Position numbers and translations under genes: made by a program. The notes beneath the pieces were generated by a model. It was not told where the DNA came from. It did not search any database and saw only the letters and a program-made list of their open reading frames with translations. Below are positions 52,906 to 64,000 of a DNA stretch of 64,000 bases, one piece after another (the stretch's first letter is position 1; each line of letters begins with the position of its first letter). This DNA is from Lama guanicoe. Its lineage: Eukaryota. The stretch spans positions 4,668,399 through 4,732,398 of the forward strand of contig MU053934.1 of the NCBI GenBank assembly GCA_013239625.1, read 5' to 3'.

Positions 52906-53034
52906 CTAGGGCCGACTTGGGCACCTTTCCCTTGGCCGAGTTCCGCAGTTTCTGGGCCTGGGTTGCCTTCGCCTTCCGGGTCCGCTTCATTGGAGCCGCG
53001 CTGGGCTTAGTCTGGCTTGGCGCAGCCCCAGGGG
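52906..53034 (-). CDS. RPS19BP1: RPS19BP1 exon 2
   Basis: CCTACAG|CC acceptor, [43 protein letters not shown], donor TAG|GTGAGC. Confidence 0.93.
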
Positions 53035-53199
53035 CTGTAGGGGAAACGAGAGAGGATCGGACCAGGTTGGAGGGCGATCAGGGTTCCCATCTCACCAAGG
53101 CTAAGCCGGCCCTGGATCGTTCCGCACCCTCCTGACTCCTGTCCCCAGTCCTGCCACCTTCCCGCCCGGGTTGGACGTCCCTGGGTAGGGCCTCCTTAC

Positions 53200-53251
53200 C
53201 TTCGGGAGTCCCCAGCAGCTCCAAGCCCCGCCGGAGCAAGGCAGCCGACAT
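53200..53251 (-). CDS. RPS19BP1: RPS19BP1 exon 1 coding part
   Basis: MSAALLRRGLELLGTPE, donor AAG|GTAAGG. Phases of all four exons are consistent. Confidence 0.93.
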
Positions 53252-53620
53252 TGCTGCGTTTAGCCCCGCCCACGCGCCTCAAGTACTTCCGCCTTGGCCG
53301 CCCTTGTTGTCTCGGCGGAAACCCGAGCGAAAATGAAAGGTTCCGCCGTGGGCGGGCGGAAGTGCCCACTTTCCTTAGAACGCCTGCGTTAGGTTTACCA
53401 CTGGGAGAAAAGGGGGCGGGGCGTGGAGGCGGGGCCAACGCGCCGAAGGTCGCATTTGTCGTCCAATCCCAAGCCAACCAACCCTTTGCGAGCCAAGCCC
53501 TCGCCTTCTCCCGGAAGCCGTCCACCACTAGTCCAGCTTCGTAGGTCAAGCCTCTAGGGTCTGGCCTCTCGGTAGTGGGCGAGGCCGGGGGCGCGGTGGA
53601 GTGTCAGTCGTCTCAATTTT
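53252..53620 (-). promoter_or_regulatory. RPS19BP1: RPS19BP1 CpG-island promoter
   Basis: ETS sites (ACTTCCG at ~53285, GCGGAAGT at ~53356), tandem GC boxes (53410-53435) and CCAAT at ~53463. Confidence 0.75.
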
Positions 53621-53669
53621 TACGAAAAAGGAGAATGCATTTTTTGAAGTATTTTTTTCATGTTCTTCA

Positions 53670-54015
53670 ATCAGAGCAACGTATCGCACAGATCGAGTTT
53701 GACATGAAAACCCAGCTGTCTTCCATGAAGCCAGACATTAAAGATATTTGCAAAAATGCAAAACAATATCAGTGTTGTCCCACTAGTCTGTTTTGTTTTG
53801 GAAAATACAACTATTTTCATTAAAATATGTCACTAATGTTAATACGTGAGCTAGTTAGTATTATTTTAAATGACTTAATAAATATTTTTAAACATCCTCT
53901 GTTTTAGTTTCTAACGGTAACTGTCGTTAGATATTTACACAGACAGAAGTTCTTTGGGATCCTGAATTTTCTAAGAGTAAAGAGGTTCTTAGAACAAATA
54001 GTTTGAGAACTTCTG
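53670..54015 (+). mobile_element. Charlie1-like hAT transposon 3' end
   Basis: CAGCTGTCTTCCATGAAGCCAGACATTAAAGATATTTGCAAAAATG translates as a transposase C-terminal relic (QLSSMKPDIKDICKN). Terminus AGTTTGAGAACTTCTG. Confidence 0.75.
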
Positions 54016-55178
54016 ATCTGGATATTAGTACCCTGGTACGGAGGAATGCTGTCTTGTTCACTGCCCCATCTGCAGCTCCTAGCCTGGTACCTGGCATGCG
54101 GAAGGCACTCAATAAATGAGTGGTGAATGATGAGGAACTACTGAATTCTCCAGGCAAACATGTTCTAAGGTCCTTCTGTATATCTGACACTGTAAAGTGT
54201 AGACTGTGGAGATGACTCACTTGTTTCTTTGTGAATGAACCTCACTAATCTTCATCAGCTAGTCCAGGAGGGAGAGAAACACCTAAACAGACATTAATAA
54301 TAACAAACACAATGTCAAAGTGCTGTTTTAAAGGTTTACATTTATTAACAGACTTATCACTCCCTGCCCCTGACTCTGACGTATGAACTTCCCGATTTAC
54401 AGATGAGGAAACGGGGGGCACAGAGAGACCAAGGAGCCTGTCCAGGTCACGCAGGTGGTGTCAGAGCTGGGAATAGAGGCAGACAGCCCTGCTTGAGCAT
54501 CCATGTACTGCTGTCCTGTGCCAGCCACCCAGGAGAGTACTGCTAAGGCCCTGGGTAGGGCCTGTCAAGCCATGGAGGTCAGGAGGCCCCTGTAGGAGAA
54601 GAGCAGCTGGCCAAGGTGGGAAGAAAGTGTCCCAGGCAAGAGGACTCCATAGTGAGGGCAGATCCCTTGGGACAAGAGTGACCCCAGAGGAGCAAGGGGG
54701 ACAGGACAGTTTCTCTGGCGGCAGTCTCCATGGATTTGCCCTGAGGGCTGTGTCGGGTGCCTGGAGCCCAGAGAAGTCAGCTCTTTTTCCTTGCTTCTGA
54801 AATGGCCAGATTGCTTTCTTATTTCTTTTATTCGATTTCTTTTTATTATATTTGTTTATTTTTCATTGACTATTCCCTACGCACTCCCCCCTGTAAACTC
54901 TACAAAGGCAGGGATCCTTGCTTTGTTCTCTGTTACATCTCTAGCGCCTCCAACAGTACTTGGCATATAGTAAGGCCTCTGTAAATGCACGAATCAGACG
55001 GATGAAGGCAGAGATGTCCAGGTGGTCGTGGGATGTGTGAGCCTGCCCCTCAGGAGGGCAAAGGACCAAGCTCGACCATATCCCCTTTCTCCTACGAATC
55101 TGGGATGTATTCCAATATCCTAGCTAAGCGAGGGATTCCGGCTTCGTTTTCAGCTCTCCGGACGCTGGTAGGGCCAGA

Positions 55179-55197
55179 TGGCCACTAGGTGGCGCCG
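55179..55197 (+). promoter_or_regulatory. CTCF motif, forward orientation
   Basis: TGGCCACTAGGTGGCGCCG is near-consensus and sits in a small patch with retained CpGs. Confidence 0.7.
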
Positions 55198-57129
55198 CAG
55201 GACAGCTTTCTCGCAGGGCGCGGCTCCACCATCCCGGTCCACCGCAGTCTAGTTGGGGGGTCCTGGTAGGAGTGTGGGATCAAGATGTCCTTCGGCGTCA
55301 GCCGGCTCTTGGTGGCCAACATTGCTCTGGCTCTGGCTTCCTGCTGCCCCTGCCCCGCAGCCTTCCGGGCTAGACAGTCTTCCTGGGCTTGACCTGGAGG
55401 AGTGTGTGAAGTTGAGGCAGAGTCACCAGGCTGGGCATCCGGGTGGGGAGGGGAGGAGGCCCTCTTCCGGAAAAGTGTGCAAAGGACAGCTGGTCACTCA
55501 CTGTTAGGTGGCTGTGCGACCCTCGGCAACCCCTTAACAGACAGTGCCTCAATTTCCCCATCTGTTAAATGGGCTTAGTTCCCTAATAAAGAGTGTATGA
55601 GGAGCCAGTAAGTTAATACCGGTAAGGAACTGGGTAGGTCAGCACCCAGCAACTGTTCATGGCCGATATTACAGACATGTCCACCCCACTCTGAGCAAGA
55701 GCAAGAATGAGGTGCTCACATTTGGGCACCTAAGAAATGTCAGGCCTCCCCTGGACTCCTGATGGGACAGGCTCAGGGATGGCAGCTCCCTCCTGCTCTG
55801 TCCCTTTCTCTGGGGTGAGGCTGGGGTTATGAAGTCTCACAGGTGGGTTTCTGTCCTGTTTGCCTGACGTCTAGGTGAGCTGTTTACTGATCTCAGCCTG
55901 TTTCCTCATCTGCAGGTGGAAATGCTGGGCTCCCGCCCTCCCCTCGGTGCCCCTCAGTGCCCCTCGGTGCCTGCTCAGCCACACAGAAGCAACATCACGG
56001 TGAGGTTAACTCCTCCTTATCTCTGTTGCCTGCATGCCCCATCCATGTCTCTTTCTTGGCCTTTCTGGAACAAGATTAACCTCACCAGGCCTTGGGGGTG
56101 GGGGTGGGGAGGGCTGAGGCTCAGAGAGAAGTGAGGTCTTCTGCAAGGTCACAGGGCACTTCAAGAGCAGAGTGAGGACTAGAACCTGGGTCTCTGAGTC
56201 CTGAGCAAGAGTGTGGTGAGTGTGAGTGAGCGTGAGCATGGCCTTTCTGAATTGTGTGTTGGAGGGGGCATCTGGGGTCTTGTAACTTGCTTTTTCTTTT
56301 CTCTCCCCATCTTTCTGTGGCTCTTAATCTTATCCTTATCTCTGACTGTTGTCTCTCTGTGTCTCTGCCTTCTCTCTCCTCTCTCTGTCTCTGAGTCCTC
56401 TCTCTTTCTCTTCCTCAGTCAACACCCCTGTCTCCCCCACCACCACCCAAAGCTCCTGGCCTCTCTCCACCTTCAAACTGAAAACCTAGATGGAATTTCC
56501 AATTGCCTCTTCCCACTGGCGATTGCAAGTCTCTGTAGTCCAGCGTCTCTCTTCCCTCCGCCGCCTGGCCCTGCATTACTGCTGAGGTCTCTCTTGCTTG
56601 CCCTCCTCCGACTCCTGCCATCAGCGGCTTTGAAGTGCATTCACAAGAGCGCTCAAGAGAAAATCCATTTCTGCACTGTCTGGTTCTAAATGGATGGGGA
56701 GTGGGCTCCTTTTGGCCTCTGGTCTCATCTCCTCCTCTCTCAGGCTCCCTGGAGCTTTCTTTTCTAAAAGGTGATGCTCGTGTCTTCATCTTATTTCCTC
56801 CTGACCAGGCTGTCACCAGGCCATCACTCCTCATTTCCTCCTGGATGGGGAAGGGGGCTGTGGAGCAGAGGGAGGTGTTGGGGGATGGGTGGGGTGGAGG
56901 GGTGGTGCTGGGAAGGGAGAAAAGCCCAGGGGACTGGGGCTGACACAGATGTTCCGGGCTCCAAAGCCTAGGCTCACACAGCTGTGTGCCCAAAAGCAAG
57001 CCACCTTCTTTCTATGGATCTGTTTCCTCCTCTGTGAATTGGGCTTTGAGAAATATTGTCTCGCCCTCCTCCCAGGACTGAGATTGGTGGAGGCTCAGAG
57101 CTCCTGGCTCCTGGGTCCTGAGGTCTGGA

Positions 57130-57345
57130 GGAAGCACAGGTTCTGGAGCCAGGCTGTATAGGTTCCAATTCTGGCTTTTTTATTCACTAGCTGTGTGACC
57201 TTGGGCAAGTTGCATAACCTCTCTGTGCCTTGGTTTCCTCATCAGCAAGTTGATTATAATAATGGTCCCTACCTCGTAGGGTGGCTGTGAGGATTGAATG
57301 TGAAGTGCTTGGAATAGCACACTGGGCACAGGGTAAGTGCTGTGT
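57130..57345 (+). mobile_element. MIR SINE (representative; similar cores near 4.6, 6.2, 7.5, 28.5, 28.9, 30.3, 46.7, 52.3, 58.9 and 63.5 kb)
   Basis: Core CTAGCTGTGTGACCTTGGGCAAGTTGCATAACCTCTCTGTGCCTTGGTTTCCTCATC. Confidence 0.75.
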
Positions 57346-58614
57346 GTTTGAAAATAAATGATTGCCATGTGGGCCAGCCGTGTGCTCTTGGGACCTGTGC
57401 CTGCATCTGTGCGCGTAACCTTGCATGTGTATGTAGCTGCTGGGACTCCTGCTCTTGTGATCAGCACACAGGGAGAGTAACGCTCAAGAGCCTGGAGCCA
57501 GCAGATCTGTGTTCAAATGCAGCCTTTGCCACATACTAGTGCAGGGACCTGGGGAGGTTACATGGCCTCTATAAGCTTTGCAAGGGGTTTCGTGGGGGCT
57601 GGCAGTGTCTCCCCTAAGGATCTGTCATGGGGGGAGGGTACAGTGGGAGGTTGCATAGAATTAAGCACTGGGCCTGGCACTTAATCATCTGTCCACTCAA
57701 CAAACACTAGGAGCCATGTTGTGTACAGGAGGGTGGATTCAAGGTGAACCAGGGACTCCATCCAGGGCTGGTGGTGCTCAAACAATCATGTTACACTCTC
57801 AGCATGTGTGAGCCTCTTTTGCTCTCGAGGGCCTGTGTTTGTGACTCCAGGGTTTGTGGGGTTCAGGGTGGCACCCACAGACAGGCCCCAGGGACAGCAG
57901 CCCGACTTGGGAGGGAGAGGTCCAGGCAGAGGCTGAGTGGCTTCTTTTCAATGATTTGAAAAGATAAAATTGTTGGCATGACTGATTTTAAAAACTTAAT
58001 AAAGTTACAGGAAGAATCTACTAGAAATTCTCCACGGTGTTCTTGGGTCAGATAGTGACTCTGGGTAGGGGTCAGAGGTGGGGTCTTTTTAATGGCTCCA
58101 CCCTGACCAGCCAAAGACACAGCTCTGCCACTAAGTTGCTGTGTGACCTTGGTACATCCCTTCCCTCTTGGGCCTCAGTTCCCCCCGGGGTAAAATGGGA
58201 GGGGTCCCGCAGCCCTGACAGGCCCCCAGGGCCACTGAGATGTCGAGAGGTTACAGGGAGAGGAAGGGTGAGCTTGGAAGAGCCAGGGGAGGGCTCGGGG
58301 GCTCTCAGTAAGCTAACATTCCTCTTCCCAACCAACTCTTACTCTGAGACTCACCAACGTGGTGGGGTCAGATGAGGGGTCCTTAGGCAGAGCAGACTCT
58401 GGGGGCTCGTAATCATGGTGAGATCTGGAGTAAGTCCCTTCTCTGGTCAGGGCCTCAGGGTCCCCATCTGGCCAGGGAGGACAGACACTAGGGTTATGGA
58501 GGTAGAGAAAGTGTCAGGATAGGGCTCTTCAAGGGGCAGAGGATGAGGAGTGGGAGGACTTCTGGCTCCCAAGGGGAAGGGGAGGGTTCTGTCCCTTCCA
58601 GCCTCAGCTTTTAA

Positions 58615-58690
58615 ATTCTAATTACATCTCCATTAAAATGCAAATTTCCAACAAACACCCGGAATGGAGGCTCTGTTGTCATGGCAACTG
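58615..58690. promoter_or_regulatory. Candidate enhancer core: homeobox, octamer, FOX-like and RFX X-box motifs
   Basis: CTAATTA at ~58618, ATGCAAAT at 58638-58645, ACAAACA at ~58651, GTTGTCATGGCAAC at 58675-58688. Confidence 0.5.
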
Positions 58691-61221
58691 AAGTCTGAGG
58701 TGGGGAGAAGGGAGCCGGTCTCCATCTCCTGAGCCTTCCTGACCACGCTGGGGCCTGCCTAGGAACCTCCCTTCTCCCCCTCTCAGAACTCTGAGCATCT
58801 CATCAACAGCTTGGGGGTCCCCTGCCCTGAGGCTGGGTCTTCAGGGGAAGGCAGCTGGGTAACTTTGCTGAAATCATTTTCCTTCTTGGCCTCAGTTTCT
58901 CCATCTGCGAATTGGGGAAAATTTTATAGGCCTCTCTTGCAGGTTTATCCTGGAGATTCAGTGAATTAATGTGCAGGACATCAGGGAAGGGAGATCTGCC
59001 CTCCAGGTGCAGTTTCAAGGTATTTGACGAAGCCATGGCCTGGACCCCTCCTCATGTGGAATCAAGGTGTCTCTTGCCTTGGAGTTCTAGTCTCTGCTCC
59101 ATCCCTGGGCTAAGAGCCAAAAGGTGGTATGAGAGGGACCTTCAAATCCTGTGTAGTCTCAGTCCTGCAGGTTGAATCTTCCCTTACACTAACACTGTAG
59201 CCATTTGACTTTATGGTCTTCTTTCCTTGCAAGGGGAATATGGATGTCTAAAAATTGGTGGGGGGGGATCTTTTTGCCCCCAGGTGATCTGAAAACAAGG
59301 GAGGATAAAGAGAAAGAACTTTGATAAGGAAAAGAGCTGACAAAAGGAGCAGGAAGGGATGAATATATGGAGGAAGAAGTTGTTTCCCTTTTTGCCTCTG
59401 CTTCTAGGAAGCTCAGATTGAATAGCATTATTATTGTATTACAGTGATAACTGTAACTGATTACATTATTATATTATATGACTATATTATTCAACTGTAG
59501 TGAGTGTCCCTTTCAGCTTTCAAGTATATCTAGCTCACTCCTTTTCCCTAAATGATTCTAATCTTTTATTTCACTTTTTAAGAAATCCTCTTTAGAAATA
59601 GCTAAGAGTATAAATTATAAATTAACAATTATGACAGAGAGAAAAAGAATGAGCTTGGACTGTTCTGTGCCAACCTTTCAGACTCTAAATTTCCTGGTGA
59701 TTGTGGCCTTATGCTAAGTGGTAGAAGGGGAAGACGGGGGTGGGGAGGGGGTAGGGAGAATGGAGGGTGGAGGGTGAGGGGTAGGGAGGGTGGAGTTGTG
59801 GGGAGTGATGGCTGTAAATGCGTCTGATGATTGATTTTAAGTTCCTAATGCTAAGCTGGTAAGATTGTATCCCCGCAAGTGAGGCTCAAGGGGCTGGCCT
59901 TGAAGGGGCCAGATATTGAACAAGACGGGAGCTCAGTTCTTAGAAGAGGCCAGAGAAGGTGCATTAACTCCCTTACCAACCATGATGAGACAGTGTTGGT
60001 GTTTACACCACCTTCCCTACCTCTGCCGCTGCTTCCTTTGCAATTGGGTGGGGTCAGAAAATGAGTTCTGGCTGATGGAGTGTTGGTGGACGGGATGGTG
60101 CCACTCTGGGCCTGGCCTGGCTCTTGAAAGCATCCCTTGCAATCTCCAGCTCATTTTCCTTGCTACCATGACCTTGGTACAATATATTGTGGATGGCAGA
60201 GGACTGTCCAGTAGGAATGTGATGCATTTAAGCAATAAAATATTGTTGTTATAGTTTTTAATAGCTCTGAGATTGCAGGATCTATTTGTTGCCCCAGCAT
60301 AGTCTATCACCTCCTGACTAATATACCTCACTGTTCCCCTTCTGACAGTCCCCCAGGAGCCCCCAGGAGGTCAGGCTGGGATGACCTGTGTCACGTGAAG
60401 TTTGTGCACAGAGGTAGAACGAGGAAGAGCAGGCTTTGTCATGGCTTCAGGGTCCTGAGTCTGCTCGGTGGTAAACCCTGGTCCCCTGAGGGCTCAGGCT
60501 TCAAGAAAGCGGAGGACCAAGAAGCCTGGAGCTGGGACTTGAGGCGTATGGGTGGACTGAGACCTCGGCCAGGCCCCGGGGGCTTTCTCAGCCACAGAAA
60601 AGGAAACCCCAGGGGCCTGAGATGGCTTAGAAGGGGCACTTAGAGAGGAACAAGGGTCAGAGGCTGGGGTTCTCATCCTGCTCACGTCCTTGCTGGCAGC
60701 CCAGGACAGTCAGCCCCCCTTGGGTCTCCTTTGCCAACCTGTGAAAAGAGAAGGTGTGAAGTGTCTGAATCTCTTCTCCCCACACAGGTGGAGCTGAGGG
60801 TGCAGGGGACAGGGGCTGGGCGTGTGGTAGGGACTTCTCTGGACCCCAGAATCCTTAACTGGGTGTGTCCTGAGAGGCTGCATCCCAGTGAGGAGCCTGG
60901 AAGCAAGAGTCAGGATGTGGCTGAAAGGGAATCGCAGGATCTCCCGGGAGGGAGTGGAGTTAGAGATTTGCACCAATAATTCCACCCAGGACCCCCAAAA
61001 GGGGACAGTCCATTCCATCCCACCCCAACGGGTCCAACCCAGACAAAACTCGCCAGGGGTCTGCTTTTGCCTGCCCTGTGCTAGGCTTTGGAGACACAGA
61101 AGAATCTGTCCCCACCACCATCAAGGAGTCTTGGGGGGAAGATGTGTGGCAGTGCCCCTTGACTGAGGAGGAGGGGACAGGAGGGAGGGAGCATCTGTCC
61201 AAAGCCTTGTTACCCTGAGCG

Positions 61222-61410
61222 CAGGACTGGCTACTTATCTGGATTCCAGTGCAAAATAAAAATTCAGGGCCCCTTGTTCCAAAACTATTGAGATGGTGAG
61301 CTGAGAGCAGAGCATTAAACCAAGGATGAGGCCCTTGTGAACACGGGGATGGGGGTGGGGGACGGAAGCCCTGTGTGACTGCACATGTCGACCCCAGGGC
61401 CGTTGCCCTG
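61222..61410 (-). mobile_element. MER45A-like hAT-Tip100 element
   Basis: CAGGACTGGCTAC...CCAGTGCAAAATAAAAATTCAGGGCCCCTTGTTC...GCAGAGCATTAAACCAAG...CCCTGTGTGACTGCACA...GCCCTG. Confidence 0.75.
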
Positions 61411-61839
61411 TCCAAGGGCACAGGTTGCCTGGAAGGGTTTTCAGCTTGGGCTTTTTCTAAGGCATCACCCACCGTACCTCACCCCACCCCAGCACAGAAA
61501 CCAGACGCCTGCTTCAGGTCCTGGCTGGAACCAGGGGCCAGAGACTCACCCTGCCGGTGCCTAGGTTGACTCACCTGCAAAATAAAAAGAATAACACCCA
61601 CCTCAAAGGGTTGTGAAGCAAAAGCTTGTGAAGCCTTGGGATGGGGCAGTAAAGATCCGCAGGTGGGCCACCCTGGGGCCTCCAAATGACAAGACCGCCA
61701 TCCCGCTCTCCCGCCCGCGCTCCGCCCTGCTGTTCACACCACAGCACTGAACCACTCTCTGACCACCGTGCATTTGCCTTCCACTTCTTATCCTTGTTGG
61801 TTGTCTGTCTTCTCCATCATGACCTGAGGACCACAGGGT

Positions 61840-62490
61840 TTCTATCTATCTTCTTTCCCCCGTGTCTTTTGATTGGAGCTTTTGGTCTATTTACATTTAA
61901 ATTAACTATTGATAGGTGTGCACTTACTGCCATTTTGTTAATTGTTTCTGGTTGTTTTTGTTGTTCTCGGTCCTTTTCCCCTTCTCTTGCTCTGTTCTCT
62001 TGTGATCTGATGACTTTAGTGTTCTGTTTGTCTTCCTTTCTCTTTATATTTTTTTGTGTATCTGTTATCAGGTTTTGGTTTGTGGTTGCCATGAGGTTTT
62101 TATATAACATCCTATGTATATAATGGTCTATTTTAAGGAGATTGTCGCTCAAGTTTGAGTGTGTTCTAAAAGCGCTACGTTTTTACCCCCCCCTTTTGTT
62201 TTTGATGTCATATATTTTACGTCTTTTTATTTTGTGTATCCTTTAATTCACTATTGTAGGTATAGACAATTTTGCTGCTTTTTCTTTTAACCTTCATACA
62301 AACTATGTAGGTAGTTGCTTCACCACCTTTACTGTGCCTTGTTTACTGTGAGATTTTTTTCTTTCAAAATTTTTGTATTTCTTGTTATGGGCTTTTCTGT
62401 TTAAAGGAATCCCTTTAACATTTCTTGTCAGGTCGGCTTAGTAGTGATGACCTCCTTCAGCTTTTGCTTGCCTGGGAAATGCTTTGTATC
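61840..62490 (-). mobile_element. L1 internal fragment (ORF1 end, spacer, ORF2 endonuclease start), embedded in an L2 3' end
   Basis: Minus-strand MAVSAHLSIVNLNVNRPKAPIKRH (ATG at 61933) resembles the L1 ORF2 start (…ITLNVNGLNAPIKRH). An L2-type tail TGTTGAATGAATTAATGA follows at ~62540. Confidence 0.8.
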
Positions 62491-64000
62491 TTGTTCTTAC
62501 CTGTAGCTGCAGAGCCTCGAATGGTGCCTGACAGATGTTTGTTGAATGAATTAATGAGTGTCAAGCCATTTATTAGGTAAAACATATGTACTGAGCACCT
62601 ACTATGTGCCAGGGACTGTCTGAGGATTCAGTGTGAGGGAGGTTGAGGCAGGAAGTGCAGGATGGGAGCAGGCTGACAATGTGACTGTGAGATGGTAAAG
62701 CCTGGAGAGGTGGGTGGGATGCAGATGGTGTCCACTGACTCCAGGATGGGGACATACAGGGGAAGGCTTGGTCGGGAGGAGGGAGCATTTGTTAGTTGTG
62801 TGGATGTAACCTGTCATGGGGAGCTCACCCCTTAGTGGGCAGCCTATTCCCTGGCAGGATGGCCTTCAGTCTTGGGGAGTTCTCCCTGAAGCTGGGGTAA
62901 AGTCAGCCACAGGTATCCACAGTGTCTGTCAGCTTATGTGCTGGAGGTCATGTCTCTGGAATTGCCCAGGGGGAGGCAAAGCCCTGTCTGAGGATGGTGC
63001 ACCTTGGTAACCCCTCTCTAGGAGGGAGTTCTGGATGACCACCCCTTGCTGAGGCCCTGGCTTGGTGGACACTGGCAGGAGAGGTCCCCAGAGGGTCCTG
63101 GCAGCTTGACTCAACTTCTCTCCTGAGAAACGGGTACAAGGAGGCTGGTGAGTCCACCGGCCCTTGGCTGAGCCACCCCAGGCCACGTGGTTCATTGCGA
63201 GCTCAGACCTCTCTCTAGGGCCCCGGACTCACATCTCCGTGGCCTCCTGGACATGGCCTCACTCTTGGATGTGGCACAAACCTCCAGCCTCAACTTGCCC
63301 AAAACGGAGCTTGCTTTCCTCCCCCACACCTGTTTCTTCTCTCCTTTGTCTCTCTCTAGCCGGAAATCCAGGTGCCATTCTCCCCTTTTCCTTCACCCTA
63401 CATGAGGGGAGTCACTGTCTGTGGCATGACTCTGGAGCTGGCTGCCTGGTTCAAATCCTAGCTCCACCATCTATGGGCTTTGTGACCTTGGGCAGATAAC
63501 TCAGCCTCTGTGCTTTAGTTTCCTCATCATAAATTGTGCCTAACAGTACTGTCAATCCTGTAGCTTGTTGTGAGGATGAAATGAAAACGTTCTAAGTGCC
63601 TTATGGACGTAGCTATCATGTTTTTGGTGCCCACCCATTTACAGAGCACTTTCCCAGTTAACATTCTGTGACATAGGTGTCATGCTAAATCTGTGGTATA
63701 AGTGTCAGAACTATTTGACAAACGTGGAAATTGAGGTTCCCACTTATTCAATGCAGTGGAGAGGCTGGAACCGGGAGCGGGGGTCAGACCTGGGTGTGAG
63801 TTTAATTAGGTCACTTCCTGTGTGTCTTTGGGAGATGCCCTCTCCCGTCTGAGCCTGTTTCCTGATCTTTAGAGTGAGGATTATAAGCCTTACTTTGCAG
63901 GACTCTTACAAACCCACTCCTTTTCCAACTGCATGACCTTTAGCCAGGTTACTCACCTCTCCGTGCCTCAGTTTCCTCGTCCATAAAATGGGAGTGATAA

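Noticed and set aside
54100..64000. CACNA1I exons expected by synteny
   Set aside because: No CpG island or channel-like coding sequence seen. The gene must start beyond the window.

Overview
Mammalian genomic DNA, most likely camelid given two tRNA-Ala-derived Vic-1-type SINEs. Gene order matches the MGAT3-MIEF1-ATF4-RPS19BP1 block (human 22q13.1, upstream of CACNA1I). Contents: (1) the end of MGAT3 intron 1, its single coding exon (533 aa) and a ~3.1 kb 3' UTR; (2) a processed RPL23A pseudogene; (3) MIEF1 (6 exons, 463-aa MiD51), whose leader exon 2 encodes a second, 70-aa LYR-motif microprotein (MIURF/AltMiD51) and whose leader carries further short uORFs; (4) ATF4 (350 aa) with start-stop, uORF1 and an overlapping 59-codon uORF2; (5) RPS19BP1/AROS (138 aa) on the minus strand; (6) many L1, L2, MIR, MaLR and hAT fossils. 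The most notable signals are the bicistronic MIEF1 mRNA, a donor site reconstituted at its exon 2/3 junction that could uncouple the two cistrons, ATF4 translational-control structures, divergent CTCF motifs around the three-gene cluster, and candidate REST and RFX/POU elements. I found no clearly new protein-coding system. Gene, repeat-family and human-comparison calls rest on recalled sequences, not database searches.
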